A stretch of 64,000 nucleotides of DNA from the human T2T-CHM13v2.0 reference genome, Homo sapiens: NCBI RefSeq assembly GCF_009914755.1, contig NC_060930.1. One strand, 5' to 3'. Below are positions 48,725 to 64,000 of this stretch, piece after piece. Position numbers and translations under genes: made by a program. A model generated the notes under the pieces. That model did not search any database. It worked only from the letters and a program-made list of their open reading frames with translations, and was not told the origin of the DNA. The stretch's first letter is position 1. Every line of letters begins with the position of its first letter.

Positions 48725-49509
48725 AGTGATGCATTTTTGAACTTCTTTTTATGACCATAATGCCTTATCGACTGCTTCTTTCTCTTTCTCTTACATGTAC
48801 CAGACCTGGTGACATATTTGAGTTGCCCAGATCCACCATGTGGAAATCACTACCCAGTAATTTAACATACATAGGGGAATACAAAATCAAAAATCCAGAT
48901 AGCAATAACCAAGTCCCATGGCATTATTGGAAACTCTTCATTCAGCTGTGCTTAAATCTGTCTACCACTGAAAATATCAACTAGAAATGCTGAAAAATTG
49001 CCTCAGCATGTGAGTACATTGTTTTTTCAACAGGATCAAACTTTCAAATTCACTTATTTTAAAGAGTGTTTCTTTCACGTATACTAGAAATATTTCTTAT
49101 CTCTAAATCAGAAATGCATAAAGAACATGTGTTGACTTAATTAATTGTATTTTGTGCCTTAAACAAGAATAATCTATGAGATTACAAAGTGATGATAAAA
49201 ACATTTGAAAGCCTGTTAATTTGAACACAATGATGTACTAATCTTCATTTGTTTCCCATGCTACTTCACTAATAAATAAAGAATATGACCCCAATTACAT
49301 TGTTGTCATTCGTTCATATGCATTACTTCTCAAATATGTTTAATAAACCATTCATAGTTTTGTCTCTATGGATTTAAGAGTCAAATAGATTCCCAGAGGG
49401 AAGAATTTGTCTACATTTTAATATGGTGTTGCTATTATTTTCTATCTTTTAATCATTCCTATGAGCTTAATTCATCACCTTATTGTTAATGAAATAGGAG
49501 TCACTGCTT

Positions 49510-52450
49510 CATTCATCAGTTAGAAAAAGAAAACAAATAACATAAAACAAACCACCTCAAATATTATAAAACATAAGTACAGGAAATTAAGTGCTTAAAA
49601 ACATTTGGTCCCAACAAAGAAAAATCCAGAACAGGTGGTTTCACTAGTAAACTCTGTGAAAAGTTTAAAGAATTAACAACAATCCTCATCAAACTGTTCC
49701 AAAAAAGTAGAAGAGGAGTAAACACTTTCTAACTCATTCTATGAATGCACTATTACCCTCAATGCAAAGCCAGATAAAGACATCACAACAAAATGACATC
49801 ATGTACAATATGCCTTATGAAAATTGATACAGAAGTTATCAGTGAAAATACTAGAAAACCAAATTCTATAGCACATTAATGGAACTATACATCTTGAAAA
49901 AGTGTTATTTATGCCACTAATGCAATCACAATTCAATGTAAGAAAATAAGCAATGTACCCATGGAAATAAAACAAAAGAAACACGGTCACCTTGGTTGAA
50001 CCATAAGCAACATTTGACAAACCCAAACATTCATGATAAAAACACTCAGAGATTTGGAAACGAAGAACTTTATCAGCATGATAAAGTCATTTACAAATAA
50101 CCTACAATTAACATCCTACTTAGCGGTGTAAGATTCAAAACATTTCTACTAAAATCAGGAATAAGACAAGGATGCCTACTTTTACTAGTGCTATTTTTAA
50201 CATTGTACTGGTAGTTCTAGCCAGAATAAGTAGGCAAGAAAAATGTTAAAAAAGACATCCAGATTGAAAAGCGGGAAAAATGATTTATATTTAAAAAGGA
50301 AATGACACTGTGTGTGGATTTCCCCAAATAATCCACAAGAAAACTAAACTTCTAGACTTAATAAAAAAGGTCTACACTCAAAAACACGTGTGCTTCTATA
50401 TACTAGAAATTAACATATAGAAAGGAAATTAATAAGATAATTCACTTTGCTGAAGCATCCAAAGGAATAAAACATTTAGAAATAAATTTAACCAAGGAGG
50501 TAAAAGACTTGTAAACTGAAAACTATGAAACAATGCTGAACATAATTAAATAAGATCTGACTAAATTGAAATACATCTCCTTTTCATATTTAGGAAAACT
50601 TAATAGTAAGATATCAAAATTACCCAAAGTACATTTAAAACAACTTTATCATATTCCAATAGCTTTTTTCATAGAAATGAAAAAAGCAATCCTAAAATTT
50701 ATGTTGAATTGTAAGGGGCATCTATTAGCCAAAACAATCTTGAAAAAATAAAATTAAAAAGGGGATGGTCTTATATTCTCTGACTCCAAAACTTACTACA
50801 ATGTTATAGTAATCAAAAGAATGTGGTATTGGCATAAGGATAGACATCATGTGGTTTCACAAGCATGAACCAAATATAGATCAAAAATATTTAAGGAAGA
50901 AACTGATAGTTACATATGTACTGAATATGTACAGACAGACAATTTTTCTTATAATCTTCCCTAGACAATACAGAATAACAACTCTTTAAATAGGATTTCC
51001 ATTGTATTATATGTTATTATTAATACAGAAATAATTTTAAGTATATCATTGGATGTGCATAGGTTATAGGCAAATACTACCAGATTTTATGTAAAGGACT
51101 TGAGCATCAGTGGATTTTGGTATCTGCAGGGTGTCCTAGAACCAATTCTCCACGAATATGGAGGTATTACTGTACAGGCCATTGGAATACAATTGAGAGG
51201 CCAGAAATTAACACATACATCTATGGTCAATAGATTTTTTTGACAGGGGCTCCCAGTCCAATCAATGGGGAAAGAAAGGTCTTTTTAAAAAATGGTGTTT
51301 GGACAATTGAATTTCCACATGTACAGGAATGAAGTTGATTCTCTACCTAACACCGTATACAAATAATACATCAGAACTGATCACTGCTAAGTAAATAAAT
51401 CCATTAAAAAAATTGCAATATACCTTGATGATTTGGATTTAACAATGGATTCTTAAATATAACACCAAAAGCATGAGGGGCAAAAATTAGTAATAGATAA
51501 ATTGGACTTCATCAAAATTAAACTTTTACACCTCAAAGGATGTTATCAAAAATGTAAAAAGATAAACTATACTGTGAAAAAAAATTGGAAATCATATGTC
51601 TAAAAGGGCTTACTATTCAGAATATAAAGAACAACTACAATCAACAATAAAAAGACAAACATTAAAAACTGGCAAAGGACTTGAAGAGACATTTATGCAA
51701 AAACAATCAACAAGTGACCAGTCATGCACACGTAAAGCTGCTTAACAAACATATTTTCTTATCAAGGAAATCCACATGTAAACCACAATGAATTATCATG
51801 TAATAGTTTCTAGGGTGACTATAATTAGTTTAAGGAAAAACAGAAAATAACAAACATATCAAGGATGTGGAGACATTGCAACCTGCATACAGAGATAATG
51901 GGAATGTAAAATGTTGCAGTTGCTGTGGGAAACAGTCTTCTAGTTTTTTGAAAAGCAAAATATAGAATTAACATAATTTGGCATTCAATTTCTTAGTATA
52001 TATCCAAAATAACTGAAAACAGAAACTCAAACAGATACTTGTACATCAATAGTCACTGTATAATTATCACTGTAGTTAAAATGTGAAAACAACTCAAAGC
52101 CCATCAACAGATTAATGGATAAACAAAGTATGCTACATAAATAATAAGATATCATTTATCCATAAAAACAAAGTTCTGATACATGCTAAAAGAGGGATTA
52201 AACATGGGAACATTATGATAAATTAAATAAGCCAGACACAAAAGGACCAAATTTGTGATTCCACTTTTATGAAATATCTAGGATAGGCTAATTCCTAAAT
52301 ACAGAAATAGATTAGAGTTTAGCACAGGCAGGAGAAAGGAGAGAATGAGGAGTTATTACTTAATGCTTACAAAGTTTGTTTGTAGTGATTATTAAAATTT
52401 TGGAAATAGTGGCTACATATAAGCATTTTAAATGGTACATATAAACATGT
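49510..52450 (+). mobile_element. L1MB-type ORF2 and 3' UTR, interrupted by MER2
   Basis: aaatcaggaataagacaaggatgcc (RT region) through agccagacacaaaaggac (3' UTR). Confidence 0.88.
50848..51172 (+). mobile_element. MER2 (Tigger-derived MITE), left terminus lost
   Basis: gtactgaatatgtacagac...ggatgtgcataggttata...ggacttgagcatc...ggattttggtatc...actgTA. Confidence 0.88.
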
Positions 52451-53871
52451 AATGCATGTATACATATAGTAAATACATACACAAATATAACAAAAATGAA
52501 ATTAATAATAAAAAGTAATTGACAGTTTGTAAGAAAATATTCATGGAAAATCACTTTCAGGACATTAGAAAATTGTAGAAAGGTTGAAAAAATGCTGGAG
52601 ATGATCTCTGGTACTTGCAGCACTGATGTGGCTAACTCACCTGAGAAATGTTTCAATTCAATGCAATCCTCACATCTATATTGTACCTAAATATTGTCTT
52701 AGTACTACCACTGGGGAAATAAAAAAAGTTGTTTTCTTACTGTCATTTACATTCTAAATATCACATTAGAATCCTATGGTTGAGATATTCTAGAAATAAG
52801 TCCTCAGGTCTTGCTACTATTCTGTAGATGACAGTAAAGAAGGAAGTAGGAATGATTTCCAAGTGATAAAATGTCAATCTGAGAAAGTCCGTCATCTTGC
52901 CAATTCAAGAACCAAATACGCCTTTCTATCTAAATTTAATCTACAAATAAAAATAATAGCAACCACATCATGCTCCTTCCTAACATGATATAATTATACC
53001 TTGTTTAAGGATGTTGCTTATTACCTTTGCAAAAGGGAGAACCCAGGACTCATCTATCATTTGCTGCTGCTTCTAGATAAACACAACCTCTCTTCTGATA
53101 TCTGTAACTTAAAGATATAATTATAAAGGTAATTATACCATCAGATCATTTATAAAATAATAGAAAGGGCAAGAAAATATATTCTTGATTAATATTTATT
53201 AAAATAGCTATATAAAAATCAAGGAATAATTTAACTATTACAGTTCTCATTCCCTAGCCAGTCATGAAGCAGTATTTGGTATTTATGACCTTCTTTCAAT
53301 ACGCATCCCAGGCTTGCTTTAATCTCAGTTAACATCTCAGCAAACACCTCAGTTAGTCTTAGAGATTTGTCTAATGGGGTAATCCCAACTGAAGATTTAG
53401 TTTTTATTCATCATGCCTAGATTGGGCCTTACTTATTTTTTATTGACTTTTACTACTGAACATGAAAATATTAAGAACAACTTTCCCTGAATCCATGGTT
53501 TCTTAATATATTCCTCCTGTCCCTCGTATTTAGCATCAACTATTTATAATAAGATTAGCCTGTATGGCTAGTCTGTTGTAGTTATGGAAGGAGAGCCCAA
53601 CATAGCCAAATGGAAGTGGCTCATTTCAAGTTCAATAAAAGCATGAATCTGTGCTCTGAAAAGATTTTCTTCTTTTTTGAAGAAAGAAAGTTCTTCTCTT
53701 TAGAAGAAAGAAAGTTTCTAAGAGTTACAGATCTTAGTAACCGGAAACAATATGCATACACACATATTTATATGGTTTCTTAGAAATAATGGAGAGATGA
53801 ACCCTTTCTTCCATTCCTGATTTTCTTGATCCATGTGTTCTGGTTAATGGAGTAATGGCATCACATATTCC

Positions 53872-54900
53872 AAAGTTGACAAATGGGATCTAATTAAATT
53901 GAAGAACTTCTGCTCAGCAAAATAAACTATCATCAGAGTGAACAGGCAATCCACAGAATGGGAGAAAATTTTGCAACCCATCTGTCAAAGGTCTAATATC
54001 CAGAATCTACAAGGAAATTAAACAAATTTACAAGAAAAACACGAACAACCCCATCAAAAAGTGGGCGAAAGATATGAACAGACACTTTCAAAAGAAGACA
54101 TTTATGTGGCCAACAAACATATGAAAAAAAGTCTCATTATTACTGGTCATTAGGGAAATACAAATCAAAACCACAATGAGATACCATCTCACGGCAGTTA
54201 AAATGGCAATCATTAAAAAGTCTGGAAACAACAGATGCTGGCAAGGATGCAGAAAAATGCTTTTACACTTTTGGTGGGAGTGTAAATTAGTTCAACAGTT
54301 GTGGAAGACAGTGTGGCAATTCCTAAAGGATTTAGAACCAGAAATACCATTTGACCCAGCAACCCATTACTGGGTAGACACCCAAAGAATTATAAATCAT
54401 TCTACTACAAAGACACATGCACAAGTATGTTTTATGCTGCACTATTCACAATAGCAAATGCTTGGAACCAACCCAAATACCCATCAAAGATAGACTGCAT
54501 AATGAAAATGTGGCACATATACACCATGGGATCCTATATAGCCTTAAAAAAGAATGAGTTCATGTCCTTTGTAGGAACATAGATGAAGCTGGATACCATC
54601 ATCTTCAGCAAACTAACACAGGAATAGAAAACCAAAACATCACATGTTCTCACTCATAAGGGGGAGCTGAGCAATAAAAACACATGGACACAGGAAGGGG
54701 AACATTTCACACCAGGAACTGTTGGGGGAGGGGAAGGGGAGGGAGAGCATTAGGACAACTAGCTAATGCATGTGGGGCTTAAAACCTAGATTACGGGTTG
54801 ATAGATGCAGCAAACCACCATGCCACATGCATGCCTATGTAACAAACCTGTACATTCAGCATAAATATCACAGAACTTAAAGTAAAATAATTTTGTAAAA
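53872..54900 (+). mobile_element. 5'-truncated L1PA (roughly L1PA7-10)
   Basis: ORF2 end ([22 protein letters not shown]) and 3' UTR with ggggcttaaaacctaga; atattcca on both flanks. Confidence 0.93.
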
Positions 54901-54924
54901 AGAGTATATTCCACTTTTTGTTGA

Positions 54925-55700
54925 ATAGAACACCAACTTCTCCCAGCAAGTGCCATCAATGAGTCTTCATTAGACCATTTCACCCATCTAGCTGTCCAAC
55001 GACCTCTGGATGATATACTATACATGGATGGACTGGTAAATCCAATGGTGTGAGATTTTTCTCACTTTCTCATTTATTTTGTTATAAAATAACTTACATA
55101 CAGAAATAATGCTCTTTTGGTTATAAGGATAGTGAATATGGCATTTAGGAAGTCCATAGGTTGTTGTACAGGCAGAAGGATTACCGGCAAGAGAAGTATA
55201 ACTACATATGAACGGAGTGTACGTTTCAGTGAAGACACAGCATTAACTCTGCATCTCTAATCTAATCAACATGCTGTTGGGTGGCTGGCCTGTCCCACTG
55301 GGAATGTTTTCAGCTTTGGTCTCTTCTGCTGACAGATAGAAGCCATCAATAGTAGTAAGATCAGTTTTGGTGAGGTGAAATCTATAATTTAAGCCAATGC
55401 ATAAACCGTATTTTCCTTTAGCCCATTGAACAATCACTGGGTAAGAAAAGAATATGGCAGACATGAACAGAAAAGATTATCTTGACTTATTGAAAACCTC
55501 TTCTGCTACTGTGCTGAGCATTCTCATTAAAAATAAATAGCCACATACCCACTCCCTTATTCAAGAATGTTTATTCACATGATTTTTCTCCATTCCATCT
55601 TACTAGCAGTCTTTCCATCTGTTTTTCCAAGTTCTCCATCATGAGTTCAAACCACAGCAACTACTTATGAATACATTCTTCTAACTGTATGCCCCTCTAA
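54925..55700 (-). mobile_element. ERVL/MLT-type internal (pol/integrase) remnant
   Basis: Minus-strand VQWA...HLTKTDLTT...IPSGTGQP resembles the recalled ERVL integrase N-terminus (AQWAHE...LPLTKADLAT...IPRGDQPA). Confidence 0.65.
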
Positions 55701-57200
55701 GGAAATTTTACAAGCAAATGCACTGTTAAAAAAAATTTGTTTCTTATCGTATTTCTCATCCTTACTCTTCTTCAAGACGACCCAAGACACGAGGTGCGAT
55801 GCTGAAGCCATTCATTTCACCTGGCATCAACATATTAGAAAGAAACAACCAAAAATCAAGTCACATTGATTTTCTTTTTCTTGACAATTTTTTATAGGAA
55901 AATGTATGTTTGTATGTATGTATGCACGCACGTATGCTTATGTGTATGCATTTGCATACATGCACACGTGTTTCTTTCCTCTAAGGTTTTAGATTTGAGG
56001 CTTTTTGTATACAGAAAAAACAGATTAGGTATGTTTCCAAAGTCCAACCACAGGGCCAAAAACTCTGTATGTGATTGCAAAAATGTGGGCAAATGTATAT
56101 GAATCCACCTTCCAGAAAATTAGGGGAAAAGGCAACATATGGCTGAGATTGGGAACACACACATTACTTCTTTATCTCATTAGGTAAAAAGCAAAGAATA
56201 AAAGGAAGGAATGGAGAAATGCAATCATTTTCTTCTATTTAATTCTATGTTTGTCAAACTAAACATGTAAAATTAAAGAAGTTAATTTTAGGAGTTTTAA
56301 TATTACCTCACAGTTGAGAGTATATTGTGCAATATTAAATTCCTGTTGGAAATAATATTGTTGGAAATAAACTATCTTTCCAAGTGAAGATGGTTGAGTT
56401 AATTAATTTTGAAACTTCACTACATATAAATATTTTCTAAGCAAAATAGTGAATTCTTGTTTTTTAGCTTAAAAAAAATTATACCTTTGGGAGAACAGGT
56501 AAGAGTTGGAGAAGAGAAGAGATGTTTCCAAATTTGAATTAATTTTGTCCTAACTTTAAACCTCTTTAATAAGACAAAGCCTGACTGTTCTTTGCCTTCT
56601 ATAGCATGATTATGTAAAACAGCCTTGATTCCTTGAATCATCATGGCTATGAACCAAACTAAATATTCCTGCCTAGATTCAAAGCATTGCTGGCCCTCAA
56701 ATTAGAAGAATGAACTGCATAGTTTTTTTTTCTAGCTTTAGTGGGGATATCCTTAGAATAATAGGATTAGATTAAACAATCTTTTCAAATATCTTGAAAA
56801 GCTTAAATAAGGTTAGTGAGTTTACTGTGGTTACAGAAAATTTAGTTTATTTTTATGGTTCCCTTAGAAAATTAAAGTTGATTCCTATCAGAAAAACTGA
56901 AAGACAGTAAAAGGAAATGGTTAAGGCTACGGATATTGGCTGCCCAGGTTAGTCTTCTTGAATCTTTCGCCTACTTACAGTGTGATATTAAACCATTTTG
57001 CCTCATTTGAAAAATGTAGATGTCAAGAAACATACTCCAAAGGTTTTCCTGAGTATCAAGTAATCCAACATATAATATATTAAGAAATTAAATATTCCTG
57101 GTACATATCAAAATGCAATAAATGTTAGATCACAATGTTATGAAAATTTTTGTCATATTAAACACAATTACCTATATAGACATAAAAATATGTCCTGACT

Positions 57201-57566
57201 TTATACAGCCATAAAAAGGAACAATATCATGTCCTTTGCAGGGACATGGATGGAGCTGGAGGTCATTATCCTCAGCAAACTAACGCAGGAACAGAAAACC
57301 AAATACCGCATGTGGGAGCTGAATGATGAGAACACATGGACACATTGGGGAAAACAATACATACTGGGGCCTGTCAGGGTTGGGGTGTGGAAGGAGGGAG
57401 AGAGCATCAGGAAGAATAGCTAATGGATGCTGTGCTTAATACCTGGGTGATGGGATGATCTGTGCAGCAAACCACCATGGCACAGGTTTACCTATGTAAC
57501 AAACCTGCACATCCTGCACATGTACCCCTGAACGTAAAATAAAAACAACACTGAAACAAAAAAAAG
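57201..57566 (+). mobile_element. Short L1PA (roughly L1PA13-15) 3' end
   Basis: MSFAGTWMELEVIILSKL, 3' UTR and A-tail; gtcctga is duplicated on both flanks. Confidence 0.93.
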
Positions 57567-58204
57567 TCCTGATAAAGAATCAATATCAATGTATCAAGCA
57601 TGCCATTCTTTGTCCACTGTCATGTCAGTCAAAATAGATGCTATTCCATTCAAACTAAGGTCAAAAGGAAAGCACATCTTTTTTAGAGCTAAATTTATAT
57701 GCAAAATATGGGCCTTTAGTGATTTTTGTGTGGCAGATCAAAACAAGTATGGCTTAAACTAGATAAATGACATTTTACGGAATCATAAAATGTGCCTTTA
57801 AACACTTAATGGCTGTAACACATTTTAATTAGCTATCTGGCAAATCGACAGATGTACATGGCCAAACTTGCATAACTGATCTACTAACAATGGTGTTGGT
57901 CCTTTTAAAGAGCTTGTAGCATTGCCTGCATTAACTATCTTAATACCTCATTAATTTCTGGCCTGTCCATTTGCAATAGAGATTTTAAAACCATGCCATT
58001 TTGAAAATGTCAATAAAGTACATGTTTTTCTTAGTGAACACAGATGTAGAGTATATACAAGTAATTTCTCAGAACTGATGCTAGAGCTTGTCAAAAGATG
58101 TGACATAATTTGGAATTTTCCTATGCACATGAGTCATAATCTTTACCAGAGTCTGAATGTTTCAATGTTTTCCTTTTTTCAAGGAAGATTTTTTTTTTAT
58201 TCAT

Positions 58205-58430
58205 GGGGCTGTATAACATATTGGTTTAAAGGTCATACTTTGGAGAAAGACTGCTGGCAATTAAATCCTGCTTCTAACACTTCCTGGCTGTGTGACCTTG
58301 GACAACTTGTTGAACTTCATCAGGGCTCTGCTTCTTCATACATGTACCTGAGAACTTAAAGTATAATAAAAAAAAATAAATTTTGGGAAAAAAATAATAA
58401 TTTCCTCACTGAATTGTTGTAAGTAAGGGA
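58205..58430 (+). mobile_element. MIR, interrupted by a ~40-bp L1PA tail
   Basis: aaatcctgcttctaacacttcctggctgtgtgaccttggacaacttgttgaac. Confidence 0.75.
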
Positions 58431-58984
58431 GAAAAACCTATAGGCTTGTGTGAGTTCTTCAGTTAGAAGATTATTTGATTTTAAATTTGTTCATTTGATG
58501 AAATATAAAATCAAGTATTTCAATCTTCTCTCTTGCAAATAAAACAAAAATAAATATCTTCTGTTAAGAAGTATATTTTACTGTTTCATTGGTGCATCTT
58601 GGAGACATCAATTGTTGCATCACTGCCATATACACATATATATGTATATACAGCAACTCCACATAAAAGGATTTATATATAAATCTTTCTAATATTTGTT
58701 ATGGTAGCAAGGTAGAAGATAACTCTGCAAGATATTCAACTGACCTAAGGCACATCCTACAGTGTATCATCTCATGCTTGTTTTCTGTCTTTTGTCTCTA
58801 TCCGGACTTTACTCAAGGTAGGAAAATTCTGTAGGATTCTATCAATGGCTAGCAATAGACATCTTCAAGAGCAGGGGAGGTTACCAGTGAACAAACATTT
58901 AACCAATGATAGACAGAAGCTATACTCTTACTTTTATCTTTTCTTCACCCTCAGTGCAAATGATGTAACAAAAATGGAAATTAA

Positions 58985-61025
<2,041 letters not shown>

Positions 61026-61030
<5 letters not shown>

Positions 61031-61091
61031 TATATATACTTTAAGTATATACTTTATGTATATATATACACATATACTATATATATACTTG

Positions 61092-61136
<45 letters not shown>

Positions 61137-61137
61137 T
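61026..61137. repeat. (TA)n/(CA)n compound microsatellite at the L1 tail
   Basis: Seen directly; pure (TA)n at about 61097-61128. Confidence 0.95.
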
Positions 61138-61297
61138 AAAAGAATCCAACAGGATCATACTCCGCATACTATTTTATAATCTTTTTCACATAATGCATTG
61201 TGATCATATTTCCATGTTAATAAATAGATTTCTATGACAAAAAAAAAAAACAAAGAAAAGTTAGGAAAGAAAGAAACCTCAATAAAACCTTGTGCTT

Positions 61298-61395
61298 GGA
61301 GAATTGCTTGAACCTGAGAGGCGGAGGTTGCAGTGAGCAGAGAACACACCACTGCACTCCAGCCTGGAAACAAACAAACAAACAACAACCAAAAA
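61298..61395 (+). mobile_element. Truncated AluS right-arm fragment with (CAAA)n tail
   Basis: ggagaattgcttgaacctgagaggcggaggttgcagtgagc. Confidence 0.88.
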
Positions 61396-61409
61396 CACTT
61401 GGCACCTGA

Positions 61410-61686
61410 GCCAGGCACAGTGGCTCACACCTGTAATCCCAGCACTTTGGGAGGTGGAGGTGGGAGGGATTGTTTGAAGCCAGGTGTTCAAGACCAGCCT
61501 GGGCAACAAGCCAAGACTCTATTTCTACATATTTTTTTAAATTATCCTTGAGAAGTGGTGTGCCCTTATAGTCCCAGTCACTTGTGAGGTTGAAGCAGGA
61601 GGATTGCTTCAGCCTCAGAGTTTAAGGCTGCAGTGAGCTATGATCATGTCACCGCATTTCAGTCTGAGCGGCAGAGCAAAACCCTA
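61410..61686 (+). mobile_element. AluJ lacking an A-tail
   Basis: Dimer with J features (ggaggattgctt, ggctgcagtgagctatgatc). Confidence 0.9.
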
Positions 61687-62639
61687 ATAACACTGTGCCT
61701 GGCAATTATAACTTTAGAAATACCTTTACTTTTAAAGAATGTTTTGAATTTCATTTCCTGAGAAAGAAGACACTCTGCATAGAAAGAATTTCCTAGATAC
61801 AATTAATGCACAGAGCCAAGATCAGCTTCTACAGAGATATTTCCCTCAATTGAAATTATTTTCACAGGATATGGCATAAGAATAATGACAAAACTGACTG
61901 CCTTTCTCTCAAGAGTAAAATTGAGCACTCCATTGATCCTTTGGTCCTCAGATACCACTAAATCTCAACATTCATCTTGGACAATACTTAATATTATATG
62001 ATATAAAAATAAATTAGGTCGGAACAACGTCTAAAACACTAAGTATTGACTTGCTGTCTAAGAGTAACAGGTGAACAGAGACTGCTGGGCCACTACTGTG
62101 CTCTCTAGTAATCTATAATACTTATTTTAAAAGGAGGCATGTCATACACATGACATTGATCTAATTTACCTGCAGAGGTCCTAAAGGATACATATTCATG
62201 CAGTAGATGGGGAATGCTGAAGAAATATCAGCTCCACTCTGGAAGAGAAAATTCCTGAGGTTAGACTGAGCAGAATTTTTTTTTTAAATTGAGTTTAATT
62301 CCTTTGGAATTTTAACTCAAAAGATCAAAAAATCTGATTTTGTCTTTTAATTTTTTCAACCTCCAGGGCTTGACTTGCAAAGGAATTTAATTGGAGATTT
62401 TAATATCTCTCTAGCAATTAGAAAATGGAACGTTGTGTGAAAATGTGAGGCCGCAGTATGCTTTTGACAGTTTATTTTTGATATCTATAATATTTGATTA
62501 TTGAAGTATATTTCTGATTATATTTAATTTTATTGTTAATAGCACATGTGATTGGCTATGTTGTGCAATGCAGATAGACATCTTTTAGAGAACAACAAAA
62601 ATAGGAAGAGAACTTTTAAATCTGAATTCAATATATTCT

Positions 62640-63430
62640 TGTAGTAGATATGCCTATTTCATTGTTTGATCTACGAGGACAAAACTTTGTAGGCTCAAAA
62701 ACAGTCTTATAAAACAGTCACAAGGGACAGCCTGTAAGTGCAAACACAATGAAGATGGGAGACTGATAGACTGCAATACCCAGAATGATGGTCATATATC
62801 TGGCTGAACAGTAATTCAAGGTTTAAACCAATAAGTTGCGAGGTCAAATACCTGAGAATGTCAGAAAACAAAAATCCTTAAGGCAATTCCTTGCAGGGAA
62901 TTGTCCTCAAGATATTAGCAGAGCTTGTTAAACCATCCCTGAAAGCATCCTGTCTCTTTGTTTGTTGCTTGACCTTGAAATCCACGGGGTAGGCAGTCAG
63001 AAAGCAAGAAGGGTAAAGTGAGAGTAAACTGAGGTCAGCATGAATGCCACATGCTTGGTCTGGAACCCCACAAAAAAAAGACTGAAACCTGTGTCAGTTT
63101 TTTATGTTGTTGACCCTGGTAACTAGTCTATTCTGCAGTAGCTGTTTAGACACAGAAATAAGCACTCACACCTAGACCAGTACCCAGAGAGGTCTAACAA
63201 GGATCTAGGGGAAGATAAAAGCATGTGGAGGCTCTGCTACTTCTTTCAGACACAGGTAAGTCATCAGGTTAGCAACTGTGTGTATAAATTACAAAATGGC
63301 TGCTGATTCCCCTAGCCCTCCAAATCTCCAAAGAATCTCTCGTGTTTTTCACCCTTATTGAAAACATAATGGAAAGGGAATTCTGGGAAATGTAATTCAG
63401 CCCTCTAGTTACCTTATTAAAAAGTCACCA
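62640..63430. mobile_element. Probable ancient LTR remnant (family uncertain)
   Basis: Higher GC than the flanks, and contains aagggaattctgggaaatgtaattcagcc, a motif I recall near the ends of old eutherian LTRs. Confidence 0.35.
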
Positions 63431-64000
63431 TGCCACTCCTTCCCCATTCAAAGTGGAGGGATTCTCTTTGGATTCTGACAAAATCCTTCTTTTTTTTTTT
63501 TTTTCTGTAGATAGTGTTGGAGCAAGTGACCTAATGATGGTGGTAGCAGGTAGCATTTGTTTATGTTTCTTTATTTAGGGAAATAAATCTCTTTAAATTT
63601 TGAACATGGGAAAAATCTTGACCTATTAAAGGCAGTGACCTAGAAAAGAATATCTGCTTTGTCGAGTCAATCTATCTTTCAGTGGGCTGCCTCAAGTTTT
63701 GCACTGGAGAGTAGATGATCAGCAAGCCCTTTTAGTTTTCACAACCAAGCCAGATTCTCCAATATACTTTACATCAGTAACAATGTTTCCATTTTGTTTT
63801 TGTATTTTTAAGTAAAATATTTTATTTCTTAATTTAGAAACTGATAAAGATCCTATTTATTGAGCCTATGATTTTATAATAAAGTTATAAATAAAATGTT
63901 TTAAAATTATGACATGCACCACGATATAATTTTCTTTACAAATAATATTTTTTAAAGGTGCTATTTATCTTTTTTGACCAATTTTAGTGTGAGAAAATTG

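Noticed and set aside
63250-63555. Donor-like cag|gtaagt (about 63255) and acceptor-like T-run ctgtag (63510)
   Set aside because: These are isolated consensus matches, expected by chance at this window size, with no coding signal.

Overview
AT-rich, repeat-dense primate (human/ape-like) genomic DNA. I find no intact protein-coding gene. The long ORFs in the track are broken L1 ORF1/ORF2 pieces, Alu translations or simple repeats. The window holds many LINE-1 copies of different ages, Alu J/S/Y elements, MaLR/ERVL solo LTRs, an ERVL-type pol remnant, Tigger-derived MITEs, MIR fragments and microsatellites. Three structures are not explained by plain repeat annotation. (1) A decayed, intronless TPRX-family (CRX-derived, PRD-class) homeobox retrocopy lies on the minus strand at about 9083-10180. 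It lacks the tetrapeptide-repeat tract, and a perfect DUX4 motif sits in the neighbouring MLT1 LTR. (2) A nested pair of L1 3' transductions spans 26435-37309. A full-length older L1PA carries about 330 bp of foreign flank inside a 22-bp TSD. It is interrupted by a younger truncated L1PA carrying about 1.8 kb of foreign flank, an ATTAAA signal and a second poly(A), inside a 15-bp TSD. (3) A diverged inverted duplication of about 170 bp (12653-12824 and 15145-15315) brackets about 2.3 kb. Repeat subfamily names and protein comparisons rest on recalled consensus sequences, not on a database search. Boundaries of ancient repeats are approximate.
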